Assembly: GCA_963663765.2 (NCBI GenBank)
Contig: CAXXUA010000013.1
Location: 512,001 to 576,000, forward strand
Direction: 5' to 3'
Source: Candidatus Poribacteria bacterium
Lineage (GTDB): Bacteria; Poribacteria; WGA-4E; WGA-3G
Length of the DNA stretch: 64,000 nucleotides
Below, in pieces: positions 19,114 through 29,321 of the stretch. The notes beneath the pieces are model-generated. The model was not told where the DNA came from and made no database searches. It was given only the letters and a program-made list of their open reading frames with translations. Numbering within the stretch: position 1 is the stretch's first letter; each line of letters starts with the position of its first letter. Both the position numbers and the translations under genes were made by a program.

Positions 19114-20739
19114 ATGTTTGGTTCAATGATGACTTATCCCTTGAATATCTCACAGATTTTGGAGCATGCACATCTTATTCATGCGGATAAACGCGTTTAC
19201 ACATTACTACCCAACAGTAAGGTGCATACTTATACCTACGCACAACTACACCATCGTGTTAAACAACTTGCAAATGCTATGACATCCTTGGGGATTAGCG
19301 GTGGGGATAGGGTCGCAACTTTTGCATCTAACACATTTCAGCACTTAGAACTTTACTACGCCGTCCCGCTTATGGGAGCAGTTGTGCACCCGCTTAATAT
19401 TCGCCTTTCACCAATTCAATTATCAAAGATAGTAAACGAAGCAGATGGCAAACTTATCTTTGTTGACGGTCAATTTTCAGATCAGTTTGCGAAACTTCAA
19501 CAAGAGATTGACTGCAGACATATCGTCTACTTTAATAATAATAGTGAATATTCATTGACTGACCCGTCAATTCATTATGAACAGTTTATAGCTGAAACAC
19601 ATAATGATTGCGTTTCTGAAATACAGGACGAAAATAGTGCGATAGCATTATGTTACACAAGCGGCACAGATGGTGAACCGAAAGGTGTTCTCTACACACA
19701 CCGCTCCATGTTCCTTCATACATTGGCAGTCAACCAAGCAGATGTGTTCGGTATAACCGAAGCAGATGTCGTAATGCCACTTGTTCCGATGTTTCATGCG
19801 ATGGGATGGGGGTTACCTTATGCAGCACTGTTTGCTGGAGCAGATATTGTCCTACATGGGAATAATAATCACAAAATCGTTGACTTAATTGCAGAAACGG
19901 GCGTTACTGTTGCAGCAGGTGTTCCATCTGTATGGTCAAGACTCTATCCTGAATTACAAAAAAGAAAACGTGAAATCTCATCACTACATCGTCTCATTGT
20001 CGGTGGCGAACCGATGTCGCCAACACTCATAGAAGGATACGAGAAAGAACTCGGTATTGAAGTTCGGCACGCATGGGGTATGACCGAAATGTCACCGACT
20101 GGTACGTTCTGTACACTGCGTAAAACACACCAGAATCTTCCTGATGCTGAAAAATGGAATATCAAAGCAATGCAAGGCAGACCTATTACCGGCGTTCAGA
20201 TTCGCATTGTGAATGAAAACTGTGCCGAACTACCTTGGGACGGGAAAACAATCGGGGAGTTACAGGTCAGGAGTCCGTGGACTGCAGGCAGCTACTATAA
20301 GACTAAACCTTCAACTGAGCATTTCACAGAAGATGGTTGGTTACGGACAGGTGATCTTGCTACGATCAACAAGGAAGGCTACATGCACATCGTTGATCGT
20401 GTAAAGGCTATTATCCGCAGTGGTGGTGAATCTATCTCTACTACTGCACTTCAAAGAGTCTTACTAACACACCCACAAGTTGTAGAGGCTGCTGTCATCG
20501 GTGTACCCAATAAAAATTGGGGTGAACGGCCTATTGCTGCTGTTGTTATCGCATCGGATACAAATGAGAATATATCAGAAGTGTTGAAGCGACATCTTGC
20601 TACTGAGTTTCCTAAATTCTGGATACCCGACAGATTTATTATTGTTGATGAAATACCTAAAACGAGTGTAGAAAAAATAGATAAGAATGCTATCAGGCAA
20701 TTGATTGTACCAGAGTTTAATATCGGTTCTAAGGGGTAG
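19114..20739 (+). CDS. Acyl-CoA ligase (AlkK/DmdB-like medium/long-chain fatty acid-CoA ligase); start may be 19063
   Basis: YTSGTDGEPKG, PMFHAMGWG, AWGMTE, GWLRTGD motifs. Confidence 0.88.
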   Translation: MFGSMMTYPLNISQILEHAHLIHADKRVYTLLPNSKVHTYTYAQLHHRVKQLANAMTSLGISGGDRVATFASNTFQHLELYYAVPLMGAVVHPLNIRLSPIQLSKIVNEADGKLIFVDGQFSDQFAKLQQEIDCRHIVYFNNNSEYSLTDPSIHYEQFIAETHNDCVSEIQDENSAIALCYTSGTDGEPKGVLYTHRSMFLHTLAVNQADVFGITEADVVMPLVPMFHAMGWGLPYAALFAGADIVLHGNNNHKIVDLIAETGVTVAAGVPSVWSRLYPELQKRKREISSLHRLIVGGEPMSPTLIEGYEKELGIEVRHAWGMTEMSPTGTFCTLRKTHQNLPDAEKWNIKAMQGRPITGVQIRIVNENCAELPWDGKTIGELQVRSPWTAGSYYKTKPSTEHFTEDGWLRTGDLATINKEGYMHIVDRVKAIIRSGGESISTTALQRVLLTHPQVVEAAVIGVPNKNWGERPIAAVVIASDTNENISEVLKRHLATEFPKFWIPDRFIIVDEIPKTSVEKIDKNAIRQLIVPEFNIGSKG

Positions 20740-20782
20740 TACTCGTGTAATTGCAATTTACAAACTGAAAGGAGTAACCTAA

Positions 20783-21508
20783 ATGTCAAACACGAATTAT
20801 CAATTGAGTGCAGAAGAAACGAATCAATTTCGGAAACAAGGGTTTCTTGGCCCTTACACGTTATGCAGACCAGAAGAGATGCTTAGCATGCAGCCAGAAA
20901 TAGTAGAGATTCTTGAAACAGATGCACCTGACCATAAGAACAGAGTACATAACCGGCATCTTGACTTTCCGTTGATCTATAAACTTGCAACGCATCCTTC
21001 AATCGTAAACAAGATGGCATCACTTTATGGTCCAGATCTTCTTCTGTGGAGGACAAACTTTTTCGTAAAGGAACCTGGGGCAAAAGAAATTCCTTGGCAT
21101 CAAGATTTCAACTATTGGCCGCTTGAACCACCCATTATTATTTCTGCATGGATTGCAGTTGACTCTACCACTTTGGAAAACAGTTGTTTGCAGATTGTGC
21201 CAGGTTCACATCGCAAGGTAATTCCCCATGTCAAAGCTACCTCCGATATGGCGTTTGGTCAGATGGGTGACCTTGATTATATTGATACAAAAAACTATGT
21301 CAATCTTGAGATGCAACCGGGGGAATTCGTGCTATTCAATGAACGCACGTTGCACCATTCGGAGGCAAACCGTTCCGACCAAAGACGCATCGGATTGGCT
21401 GTCCGTGTGATCATACCCATTGTCAAAGTCTTTAATTGGGATTCTCCCAAACATGAGTTGATTGTCATTCACGGTGAAGACCGTGTACAATTTAACAAAA
21501 GGAGTTAA
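20783..21508 (+). CDS. PhyH-family Fe(II)/2-oxoglutarate dioxygenase, copy 1
   Basis: WHQD...LHHSEAN...RRIG (HxD...H facial triad and 2OG-binding Arg). Confidence 0.9.
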   Translation: MSNTNYQLSAEETNQFRKQGFLGPYTLCRPEEMLSMQPEIVEILETDAPDHKNRVHNRHLDFPLIYKLATHPSIVNKMASLYGPDLLLWRTNFFVKEPGAKEIPWHQDFNYWPLEPPIIISAWIAVDSTTLENSCLQIVPGSHRKVIPHVKATSDMAFGQMGDLDYIDTKNYVNLEMQPGEFVLFNERTLHHSEANRSDQRRIGLAVRVIIPIVKVFNWDSPKHELIVIHGEDRVQFNKRS

Positions 21509-21509
21509 G

Positions 21510-21611
21510 ATGATTCGTCAGATAACTTTAGCAGCACATCTTATCGGTTATCCAAAGGAATCGGATTTCAAACTTGTTGAAACTTCAATTCCGAACCCAG
21601 AGGATAATTAA
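21510..21611 (+). pseudogene. Truncated duplicate of the 5' end of the NADP-dependent oxidoreductase gene
   Basis: Translates to MIRQITLAAHLIGYPKESDFKLVETSIPNPEDN*, versus MNRQITLAVRPVGYPKESDFKLVETPIPTPEEG at 22484. Confidence 0.85.
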
Positions 21612-21733
21612 CAGGACTTACGCAGTTTTCATGCTTTAGTCAAGAATTACGACGAAAATGATGTTATTTTCAGCATTTTTTGGGTTTCCAGCGCGCTTAC
21701 AAAGCACGCCTACCGTTCGGTTCGTAAGTCCTG
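21612..21733. mobile_element. MITE family H (122 bp) with 11-bp TIR and 5-bp TSD
   Basis: CAGGACTTACG ... CGTAAGTCCTG flanked by ATTAA on both sides; contains a minus-strand GTAGGCGTGCTTTGTAAGCGCGC REP; second copy at 58810-58932. Confidence 0.8.
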
Positions 21734-21755
21734 ATTAAGTTAAGGAGTAACCAAT

Positions 21756-22481
21756 ATGTCAAACACGAATTATCAATTGACTGTAGAAGAAACAGATCAA
21801 TTTCGGAAACAAGGGTATCTTGGTCCATATACCTTATGCAGTCCAGATGAAATGCTCAACATGCAACCGGAGATTGAAGAGATACTTGAAACAGATCCAC
21901 CTGACAATAAGAGGAGAGTGCATAACCGACATTTTGACTTTCCGTCAGTCTATAATCTCGCAACGCATCCTTCAATTGTTAACCGGATGGTATCTCTTTA
22001 TGGTCCGGATCTTCTACTCTGGCGGACACGTTTTTTTATAAAGGAACCTGGGGCAAAGGAAATTCCTTGGCATCAAGATTTCAACACTATACCGCTTGAA
22101 CCCGCTTTAATTATCTCTGCATGGATAGCAGTTGACCCTGTCACATTGGAAAATAGTTGTTTGCAGTTCGTTCCTGGGTCGCACCGCAAAATAATTCCAC
22201 ACGTTAAAGCTACACGAGACATGGAATTTGGTCATATGGCGGATCCCGATTATATAGATAAAACGGGTTATGTCAATCTTGAGATGCAACCGGGTGAATT
22301 TGTGCTGTTCAATGAACGTACTTTGCACCATTCGGAGGCAAACCGTTCCAATAAAAGACGCATCGGATTAGCTGTCCGGGTGATTATACCAATTGTAAAA
22401 GTCCTTAGATGGGATTCTCCAAAACATAAACTACTCGTCATTCACGGTGAAGACCGCGCACAATTTAACAATAGGAGTTAA
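21756..22481 (+). CDS. PhyH-family Fe(II)/2-oxoglutarate dioxygenase, copy 2
   Basis: Same length (241 aa) and highly similar to 20783..21508; WHQD...HHS. Confidence 0.9.
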   Translation: MSNTNYQLTVEETDQFRKQGYLGPYTLCSPDEMLNMQPEIEEILETDPPDNKRRVHNRHFDFPSVYNLATHPSIVNRMVSLYGPDLLLWRTRFFIKEPGAKEIPWHQDFNTIPLEPALIISAWIAVDPVTLENSCLQFVPGSHRKIIPHVKATRDMEFGHMADPDYIDKTGYVNLEMQPGEFVLFNERTLHHSEANRSNKRRIGLAVRVIIPIVKVLRWDSPKHKLLVIHGEDRAQFNNRS

Positions 22482-22483
22482 TT

Positions 22484-23494
22484 ATGAATCGTCAGATAAC
22501 TTTAGCAGTGCGTCCTGTCGGATATCCAAAGGAATCGGATTTCAAACTTGTTGAAACCCCAATTCCAACCCCTGAGGAAGGTCAAGTACTTGTAAAGACT
22601 CTATACCTGTCCGTTGATCCATATATGCGTGGACGTATGAACCAATCCCGCTCCTACGCACCAAATGTTGAACACAACGAAGTTATGGTCGGCGGTGTGA
22701 TCGCGCAGGTGGTTGAGTCAAAACATTCCGAATTTGAGATTGGAGACATCGTTAACGCACATATCGGTTGGCAGGAATACGGTGTTGCAAAAGGAGAAGA
22801 ATTACGCAAGATAGATCCCACTCTTGCACCAATATCCACAGGTGTCGGCATTCTGGGTATGCCAGGATTGACAGCTTACTTTGGTTTGCTGGAGGTAGGT
22901 CAACTCAAAGAGAGTGAAACCGTTTTCGTATCAGGTGCAGCGGGTGCGGTTGGTTCAGTCGTTGGGCAAATTGCAAAAATCAAAGGATGTCGGGTCGTCG
23001 GTTCTGCTGGCACTGATGAAAAGATCAAATTTGTCCTTGACGACCTTGGATTTGATGCAGCGTTTAACTATAAAAACGTCACAGATTATCACGCAAAGTT
23101 AGCTGAACTCTGTCCTGATGGGATTGACGTTTATTTTGACAATGTTGGTGGTCCAATTACAGATGCGGTCTTCCCTAACCTTAGAATCAAAGGACGCGTG
23201 GTCATCTGTGGACAGATTTCACAATATAACTTGGAAAAACCTGAGACAGGTCCACGGTTTTTGTGGCATCTCATTACAAAACGCGCGAGGATAGAGGGTT
23301 TCCTCGTCTTTGATTTTGTGGAAAGACATCCACAAGCACTCAAACAGATGGCTGAATGGTTACAACAAGGCAAGTTAATATACCGTGAAACCATTACTGA
23401 AGGCGATATTGAAAAAGCACCAGCAGCATTTATCAGTATGCTGAAAGGTGGAAATATCGGGAAACAATTGGTCAAGGTTGCAGAACCAAACTGA
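22484..23494 (+). CDS. NADP-dependent oxidoreductase (CurA/PTGR1-like alkenal reductase, MDR family)
   Basis: LSVDPYMRGRM, GMPGLTAYFG, SGAAGAVGS, YFDNVGG, CGQISQYN motifs. Confidence 0.92.
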   Translation: MNRQITLAVRPVGYPKESDFKLVETPIPTPEEGQVLVKTLYLSVDPYMRGRMNQSRSYAPNVEHNEVMVGGVIAQVVESKHSEFEIGDIVNAHIGWQEYGVAKGEELRKIDPTLAPISTGVGILGMPGLTAYFGLLEVGQLKESETVFVSGAAGAVGSVVGQIAKIKGCRVVGSAGTDEKIKFVLDDLGFDAAFNYKNVTDYHAKLAELCPDGIDVYFDNVGGPITDAVFPNLRIKGRVVICGQISQYNLEKPETGPRFLWHLITKRARIEGFLVFDFVERHPQALKQMAEWLQQGKLIYRETITEGDIEKAPAAFISMLKGGNIGKQLVKVAEPN

Positions 23495-23501
23495 TTTCTG
23501 T

Positions 23502-24446
23502 TTAATACCCCTTCTGTTTGTCTATCACACTCAAAAGCGGTTTACCAACGAGGAAACGTTCCAGATTATCACAGAAAAGATCAACCGTTCTATCCATCCG
23601 AATCGGTGAACCGCCTGCAACATGGGGAGTGATAATCACATTGGACATATCCCACAGTAAACTATCGGATGGTAATGGTTCAACGGGTGTGACATCTAAT
23701 CCTGCACCTCCGATACGACCTTCACTTAATGCACGCAACAGTGCTTGTTCATCTACGATTTTACCTCTTGTCACGTTTATTAACAATGCGTGCGACTGCA
23801 TCCGTTGAAATGTTTCGTCATCAAACATGCCGTGCGTGTCAGGTGTCAGAGGTGCACAGATACAAACGATATCGGACTGTGCAATTAGATCGTAAAACCT
23901 ATCCATCTTCCAAATATTATGAACGAAGGTCGGTGCGTCAACGGTTTCGGGATCAACTGCTATTACCCGCATATCAAAACCTTGTGCCCGACGCGCCACC
24001 TCAATTCCCGTTCCACCCAAACCGACAATACCGAGAGTTTTTTTGCATAACTCCCAGGTTTCAAGACGAATTGACATCTTGTTATCCCAGGTCCGTTCTC
24101 TAACTGAACGACCGATACCGCGAATTAATCCAAGAATCAATGCCCACGCTTGATCAGCCAGATGTGTTCCAACATAACCTTTAGCACTTGTTAATATTAC
24201 ATCGCTATTTACAAATTCAGGGAACAGAATGCCATCAACACCTGCTGCCCAAACTTGTACCCACTTCAGTTGCTTAGCGTTTTCAAAAAGTTTGCGGTTA
24301 AAACCTCCGAATACAATATCTGTATCAACTATCTCGTTCATCACTTCAGTTGAATTCTTAGGGGTAATAATACTAATGGATTCAGAGATACGTTGAATAT
24401 TCTGAACTTGCTGAGGTGTGATACTTGCGTTAATCATTATTTTCAT
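23502..24446 (-). CDS. D-2-hydroxyacid dehydrogenase family protein
   Basis: GIVGLGGTG, INVTRG, LDVTPVEPL, TPHVAG motifs. Confidence 0.9.
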   Translation of the reverse strand: MKIMINASITPQQVQNIQRISESISIITPKNSTEVMNEIVDTDIVFGGFNRKLFENAKQLKWVQVWAAGVDGILFPEFVNSDVILTSAKGYVGTHLADQAWALILGLIRGIGRSVRERTWDNKMSIRLETWELCKKTLGIVGLGGTGIEVARRAQGFDMRVIAVDPETVDAPTFVHNIWKMDRFYDLIAQSDIVCICAPLTPDTHGMFDDETFQRMQSHALLINVTRGKIVDEQALLRALSEGRIGGAGLDVTPVEPLPSDSLLWDMSNVIITPHVAGGSPIRMDRTVDLFCDNLERFLVGKPLLSVIDKQKGY

Positions 24447-24526
24447 GTTGACATGTTCTCCATTTGGTGTTATTCTATATGAAAACATATTATTACATAA
24501 TTTTTTCTCAGAAGGAGGAATTAATT

Positions 24527-25036
24527 TTGGCGTTTATTACTATAAATCATTTATGTTCTGTTTGTCTCACGGTTTTTGCTATCTGTCTAATAATCACAGC
24601 GAGTTTCATAATGGGTTGTGGGGATGAAGGTGATTCAGACACTGATGACAATGGTGCTTCTATGACTGACATGGTGATGGGTGATGATATGACTGATGGA
24701 GATATGTCTACTGATCCAGATCCACCGGTTGAAGAGCCCGTTTCAACAGTTTCATATCAGGATGATATTTTACCAATCCTGAGTGAAAGTTGTGCTGTTG
24801 CTGGATGTCACACCGCGCCCGTCCAAGGTGGACTCAACCTATCAAGTTATGATACCTTCCAAACCGGAGGAGTTAGTGGTGCAGCTTTTGTAGCAAACGA
24901 TGGAAAAGGCAGCCTAATAGTTAAACGAATTGACGGTTCTCAGGCACCTCAAATGCCTCCGGGCGGAAACCCTTTAAACGGGGAACAGATACAACTCTTT
25001 ATTGATTGGATTGATGAAGGTGCAGAAAACAACTAA
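24527..25036 (+). CDS. Lipoprotein with planctomycete-type cytochrome c domain
   Basis: Lipobox IMGC, acidic linker, VSYQDDILPIL..CAVAGCH...MPP...WIDEGA; TTG start after AGGAGG. Confidence 0.75.
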   Translation: MAFITINHLCSVCLTVFAICLIITASFIMGCGDEGDSDTDDNGASMTDMVMGDDMTDGDMSTDPDPPVEEPVSTVSYQDDILPILSESCAVAGCHTAPVQGGLNLSSYDTFQTGGVSGAAFVANDGKGSLIVKRIDGSQAPQMPPGGNPLNGEQIQLFIDWIDEGAENN

Positions 25037-25219
25037 TACTCATCTATATGCTTTTTTATAGGAAGAAATTCTTACCCCACTTTTGATCAGTCTTGATATA
25101 ACATATCACTGTCCTATATTTGTGTCAATATGGATTTTATAATCTTTAGCGTTTATGTTGTTAGAACATAATAAAATGATAATCTTACTATAAACTAACG
25201 GACATACAGGAGAATTGCA

Positions 25220-25993
25220 ATGGAAATTGTAGCACTTGGGAAAACCGGTTTAGATGTTTCACGGCTTTCAATTGGCACAGGTTCAAACGGTTGGAATGGA
25301 CGTTCAAATCAAACAGATTTGGGATTTGAAGGGTTGCGCGATTTACTACTGTTTGCTCATGAAAATGGGGTAACCTTTTGGGATTCTGCTGATCAGTATG
25401 GAAGCCATCCACACATCAAAGAAACCCTTAAACATGTTCCACGTAGCAGTGTAACTATTACCACAAAGACGGTTTCCCGTACACGTGAAACTGTTGAAGC
25501 AGATGTTAAAAGGTTCCTCAAAGAAATCGGATCTGACTATGTTGATATTGTTTTGCTTCACTGTCTTACACAGGTAGATTGGCCAAGGCGGTATCCGGAT
25601 GCGATGGAAGCCCTTACCCGTTGTAAAGAACAGGGGTTAATTCGCGCGCACGGTGTCTCATGTCACGATTTTGGTGCCTTCCAGACATCCGCTATGACCG
25701 ATTGGGTTGAGGTGGTGTTGGCACGTATAAACCACGCGGGTGTTTCTATGGACGCATCGCCTGCCGATGTCATCCGAACAATGGAACAGATGGCTCATGT
25801 TGGTAAGGGTATTTACGGTATGAAGGTCTTAGGTATGGGGAAATTGGCAAAAGATGCTGAAAGACAACGCGAGGCAATTGAATTTGTCATGGGTCTGCCG
25901 TGTGTTCATGCGATGACAATGGGAATGACCTCTCGTGCAGAAGTTGAAGCAAACGTAGCCGTTGTAAACGAATTATCGGAGAATGGTATATAA
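25220..25993 (+). CDS. Aldo/keto reductase
   Basis: LGKTGLDVSRL, DSADQYG, TK, DIVLLH, GVSCH motifs. Confidence 0.9.
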   Translation: MEIVALGKTGLDVSRLSIGTGSNGWNGRSNQTDLGFEGLRDLLLFAHENGVTFWDSADQYGSHPHIKETLKHVPRSSVTITTKTVSRTRETVEADVKRFLKEIGSDYVDIVLLHCLTQVDWPRRYPDAMEALTRCKEQGLIRAHGVSCHDFGAFQTSAMTDWVEVVLARINHAGVSMDASPADVIRTMEQMAHVGKGIYGMKVLGMGKLAKDAERQREAIEFVMGLPCVHAMTMGMTSRAEVEANVAVVNELSENGI

Positions 25994-26011
25994 CAAATCT
26001 GTACTTATTTT

Positions 26012-26062
26012 AGCGCGAGTTGTCTGTCTTGATGCTCAAGGTAGGTGCTCGCGCTGTTTATT
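26012..26062 (+). terminator. Long hairpin / probable intrinsic terminator after the aldo/keto reductase gene
   Basis: AGCGCGAG...CTCGCGCT outer stem, G-U-rich inner stem on the + strand, followed by GTTTATT. Confidence 0.55.
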
Positions 26063-26091
26063 ATAGCAATCTGTTAAAATGAGAGAAATAC

Positions 26092-27537
26092 ATGGAAAAA
26101 TACGAAATAGTTATCGGTTTGGAAATCCACGCAGAACTATGCACCGAGAGCAAATTGTTTTGCAACTGTGCTTATACGTTCGGTGCATCTGCAAACGACT
26201 GCACGTGTCCAATCTGTCTGGGCATGCCCGGTACCCTGCCAGTCATCAATAAGCGTGCATTGGAATTTGCTGTACGTGCAGGTTTGGCAATGAACTGTGA
26301 AATCACTACATACAGCAAGTTTGATCGAAAAAACTATTTCTATCCCGATCTACCCAAAAATTACCAGATCTCGCAATACGACCTACCGCTTTGTAAAAAT
26401 GGTGAAGTAACGTTTGAATGTGATGGTGAACACAAAACCGTTGCTCTCCGCAGAATTCATCTTGAAGAGGATGCAGGCAAATCCATTCATGCAGAAGTTA
26501 CTGGTGATCCAACGCGTAGTTTTATGGATTTCAACCGCGCAGGTGTGCCGCTCATGGAGATTGTGAGTGAACCTGAAATACATTCTCCTGAAGAAGCGAT
26601 CGTCTATTGCCGTGCTGTCAAAGAGATTTTAGAATATATTGAGGTCAGCGATTGTAACATGGAGGAAGGCAGCCTGCGGTGTGAACCGAACATCTCCCTA
26701 CGTCTAAAAGGCAGTCAAACATTAGGCACACGCACTGAAATAAAGAATAAGAACTCATTTCAGGAACTCCTTGATGCAATGCATTACGAAGTGAAACGGC
26801 AAGCGCGTATCTTGGATTCTGGCGGTAAAGTTGTCCAAGAAACGTTGTTGTTTGATGCTAGTACAGGTAAAACGGTCGCAATGCGTAGCAAGGAAGAAGC
26901 AGACGACTACCGATATTTCCCAGAACCCGATCTTGTCCATGTCCAAATCGACGATGAATGGATCGCTGAAATTCAACCAACACTCCCTGAACTACCCGCT
27001 GCCCGTCGCAAAAGGTTTATTGCTGACTACGACATCACCCCTGAAAATGCTGAACTCCTGACTACAACCCGGCAACTTGCTGATTTTTTTGATGAAACAG
27101 CACAACTCAGCGGCGAACCCACAACCTGTGCAAACTGGATTATGGGAGACCTCACACGACTGCTCAACACAGCAGAAATTGAGATACAAGATACCAAAGT
27201 TACACCCGCACATCTCAGTGAACTCATTCAGTTGATAGGTGACAATACCATTAGTGGTAAAATTGCAAAATCTGTGTTGGATGGCGCTTTTGAAACCGGT
27301 AAGATGCCGAAACAGATTGTTGAAGAAAAAGGATTATCACAGATTACCGATACTTCCGAAATTGAGGCAATTGTCCTACAAGTCATTAAAGAAAACCCCG
27401 GACCTGCTCAAGATGTTCGGGACGGCACGAAGAAAGCCATCGGTTTTCTAGTCGGTCAAGTCATGAAGGCAACTCGCGGAAAAGCAAATCCGCAACTCGT
27501 AAATCAGATTTTGGAACGTGTTTTATCAACTGATTGA
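26092..27537 (+). CDS. gatB: Asp/Glu-tRNA amidotransferase subunit B
   Basis: IGLEIHAEL, RKNYFYPDLPKNYQISQ, HLEEDAGK, YRYFPEPDL motifs. Confidence 0.97.
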   Translation: MEKYEIVIGLEIHAELCTESKLFCNCAYTFGASANDCTCPICLGMPGTLPVINKRALEFAVRAGLAMNCEITTYSKFDRKNYFYPDLPKNYQISQYDLPLCKNGEVTFECDGEHKTVALRRIHLEEDAGKSIHAEVTGDPTRSFMDFNRAGVPLMEIVSEPEIHSPEEAIVYCRAVKEILEYIEVSDCNMEEGSLRCEPNISLRLKGSQTLGTRTEIKNKNSFQELLDAMHYEVKRQARILDSGGKVVQETLLFDASTGKTVAMRSKEEADDYRYFPEPDLVHVQIDDEWIAEIQPTLPELPAARRKRFIADYDITPENAELLTTTRQLADFFDETAQLSGEPTTCANWIMGDLTRLLNTAEIEIQDTKVTPAHLSELIQLIGDNTISGKIAKSVLDGAFETGKMPKQIVEEKGLSQITDTSEIEAIVLQVIKENPGPAQDVRDGTKKAIGFLVGQVMKATRGKANPQLVNQILERVLSTD

Positions 27538-27588
27538 AGATGTCTGTTAACAACTGAGACTATATTGGATAATTAGGAGGAGTTTATT

Positions 27589-28134
27589 ATGAAATTATCA
27601 GAAAATCAAGAACTTGTCCAAAAGCTTAGTGTAATACTACAGGATTTTCCAGGACTTGAGTATGATGAACTTAGTTCAGCACGAATGGAAAATATGTTGA
27701 TGGTTAAAGTATCAACTGATGCTAAATGCGATATTAGTACAGCAGGAATTATAGCAGATAAATTAAGTGAATTTACAGGCGATCAATTCAAAGCTCAACC
27801 GCCTGCTGGGTCAGAGAAATCTACTCTTGATAATTTTAGTAGGTTTGGCTTATTTCAATTTATGCCGAATAAAAATGTTCGAATAACCTATCCCGATCGT
27901 AAAGGGGGCAAGTTAGAAATTGACATTATGGAGGGTATGGAAATAGCACTTAATCTGAACGATGAGGATATATGGTATTTTGCTGAAGGAAATGAATTAA
28001 CAATACAATTTAACATATTTGCCCAACCTCATTATCATAAATATTTACGGAGTCACGTCACTCAGGTTACCCGAGATGATAAAATGTTTCATGATCGTAA
28101 TCTTTCTCAAAATCCAATTCAAAGTAAACAATAG
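27589..28134 (+). CDS. Hypothetical protein
   Basis: 181-aa ORF with a strong AGGAGGAG RBS; no recognised motif. Confidence 0.65.
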   Translation: MKLSENQELVQKLSVILQDFPGLEYDELSSARMENMLMVKVSTDAKCDISTAGIIADKLSEFTGDQFKAQPPAGSEKSTLDNFSRFGLFQFMPNKNVRITYPDRKGGKLEIDIMEGMEIALNLNDEDIWYFAEGNELTIQFNIFAQPHYHKYLRSHVTQVTRDDKMFHDRNLSQNPIQSKQ

Positions 28135-28186
28135 ACCGATAATCAGTCTTTTTCACATATATCTGAAAAACAAATGGAATTTGTAG

Positions 28187-29263
28187 ATGAAATTAACAAG
28201 GTATATGAATATAAAGAAATATAAGGACTTGCTCTCTACAAAGACTTTATTTTTTCCACGTTATGATATTTTAGGAGATCCGTATGAAGGGTGTTTAGGT
28301 CATATCCCAATAGATAAATTAATTGAGAAGCAAACCAAAAGATTTACTAGAATAACTGCTCTGCCTCTTGAGTCTGACACTCTGGCTAGAGAGTTTTTAG
28401 AAACTTTTGAACCTATACTTTACCATGATTTTTTACGTGAATTTACTTTTGTAAGTTGTTGGCATCAAAGTGATATAGAATCAATGCCTATGTGGAAAAT
28501 GTATGCAGAAAGAGGGATAATGATTAAAACTGATTTATCGTCATTATGTCGCAGTTTGGGAATAAATGCTGAAGGATATAAACATACTGATATGTTTCAG
28601 GAAAATCATGGAATTGATTCCTCTATAGGTTATGATATTTCCATTGAATCAGGGAATGTCAACTATATTTCACGAGGAGAGTATGTTGAACCTATAGGTT
28701 CAGATCGTTATTTTAAGAAACAGTTGGAGTATGCAGATGAGAGAGAATTGCGAGTTATCCTTCAATTTCATTTAGGACCAGAACAAAGGTTTAACTTTCC
28801 ATATATGTTTGATAATACTGATTCTACTTCCCAAGATAGTGCAAGTGGGGAAAAAATCATTATTCAATCTAATTTTCAATTCCATTTAGAGGCAGGACAA
28901 AGATTAGACATTCCAATAATGTTAAATAATCAGAACTTTCCACCTCAAAGAATCAGCGACATGGAAAATAGAATACTACGCTTTTGGAGAAACGCTAAAT
29001 CATCCTATGAGCAACATGCCTTGATGTTGAATAGATTCTTGGCTGAACCTGGAGTGCGTTGTCCTGTGGAAGTTGATTCATTAATTAAGGAAGTAGTTGC
29101 AAGTCCAAATAGTACAGATTCTGACATGAAAGAGATTGAAGTCTTCAATCACGAATCTGGTATTGGCGTAGAAGTCAAACGGTCAGAAATAGAAATTGAA
29201 CAATCACATGCCAAATTTAGTGTGCAGTTAACGAATGAAGAAAAGATTGAACTGGAATTATAA
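28187..29263 (+). CDS. DUF2971-like protein
   Basis: RY...DPYEG...FVSCWH...ES..MW..Y...V.Y...K...Y..E.E.R pattern. Confidence 0.65.
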   Translation: MKLTRYMNIKKYKDLLSTKTLFFPRYDILGDPYEGCLGHIPIDKLIEKQTKRFTRITALPLESDTLAREFLETFEPILYHDFLREFTFVSCWHQSDIESMPMWKMYAERGIMIKTDLSSLCRSLGINAEGYKHTDMFQENHGIDSSIGYDISIESGNVNYISRGEYVEPIGSDRYFKKQLEYADERELRVILQFHLGPEQRFNFPYMFDNTDSTSQDSASGEKIIIQSNFQFHLEAGQRLDIPIMLNNQNFPPQRISDMENRILRFWRNAKSSYEQHALMLNRFLAEPGVRCPVEVDSLIKEVVASPNSTDSDMKEIEVFNHESGIGVEVKRSEIEIEQSHAKFSVQLTNEEKIELEL

Positions 29264-29321
29264 GTTTCTGTTCACAAACACAGTGTTTTTTCTTAACCGA
29301 GACATCAAACAAGGTGTATTT

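Noticed and set aside
20783-22481. Calling the SyrB2-like proteins halogenases
   Set aside because: Both retain the HxD carboxylate (WHQD), whereas Fe/2OG halogenases have Ala/Gly there.
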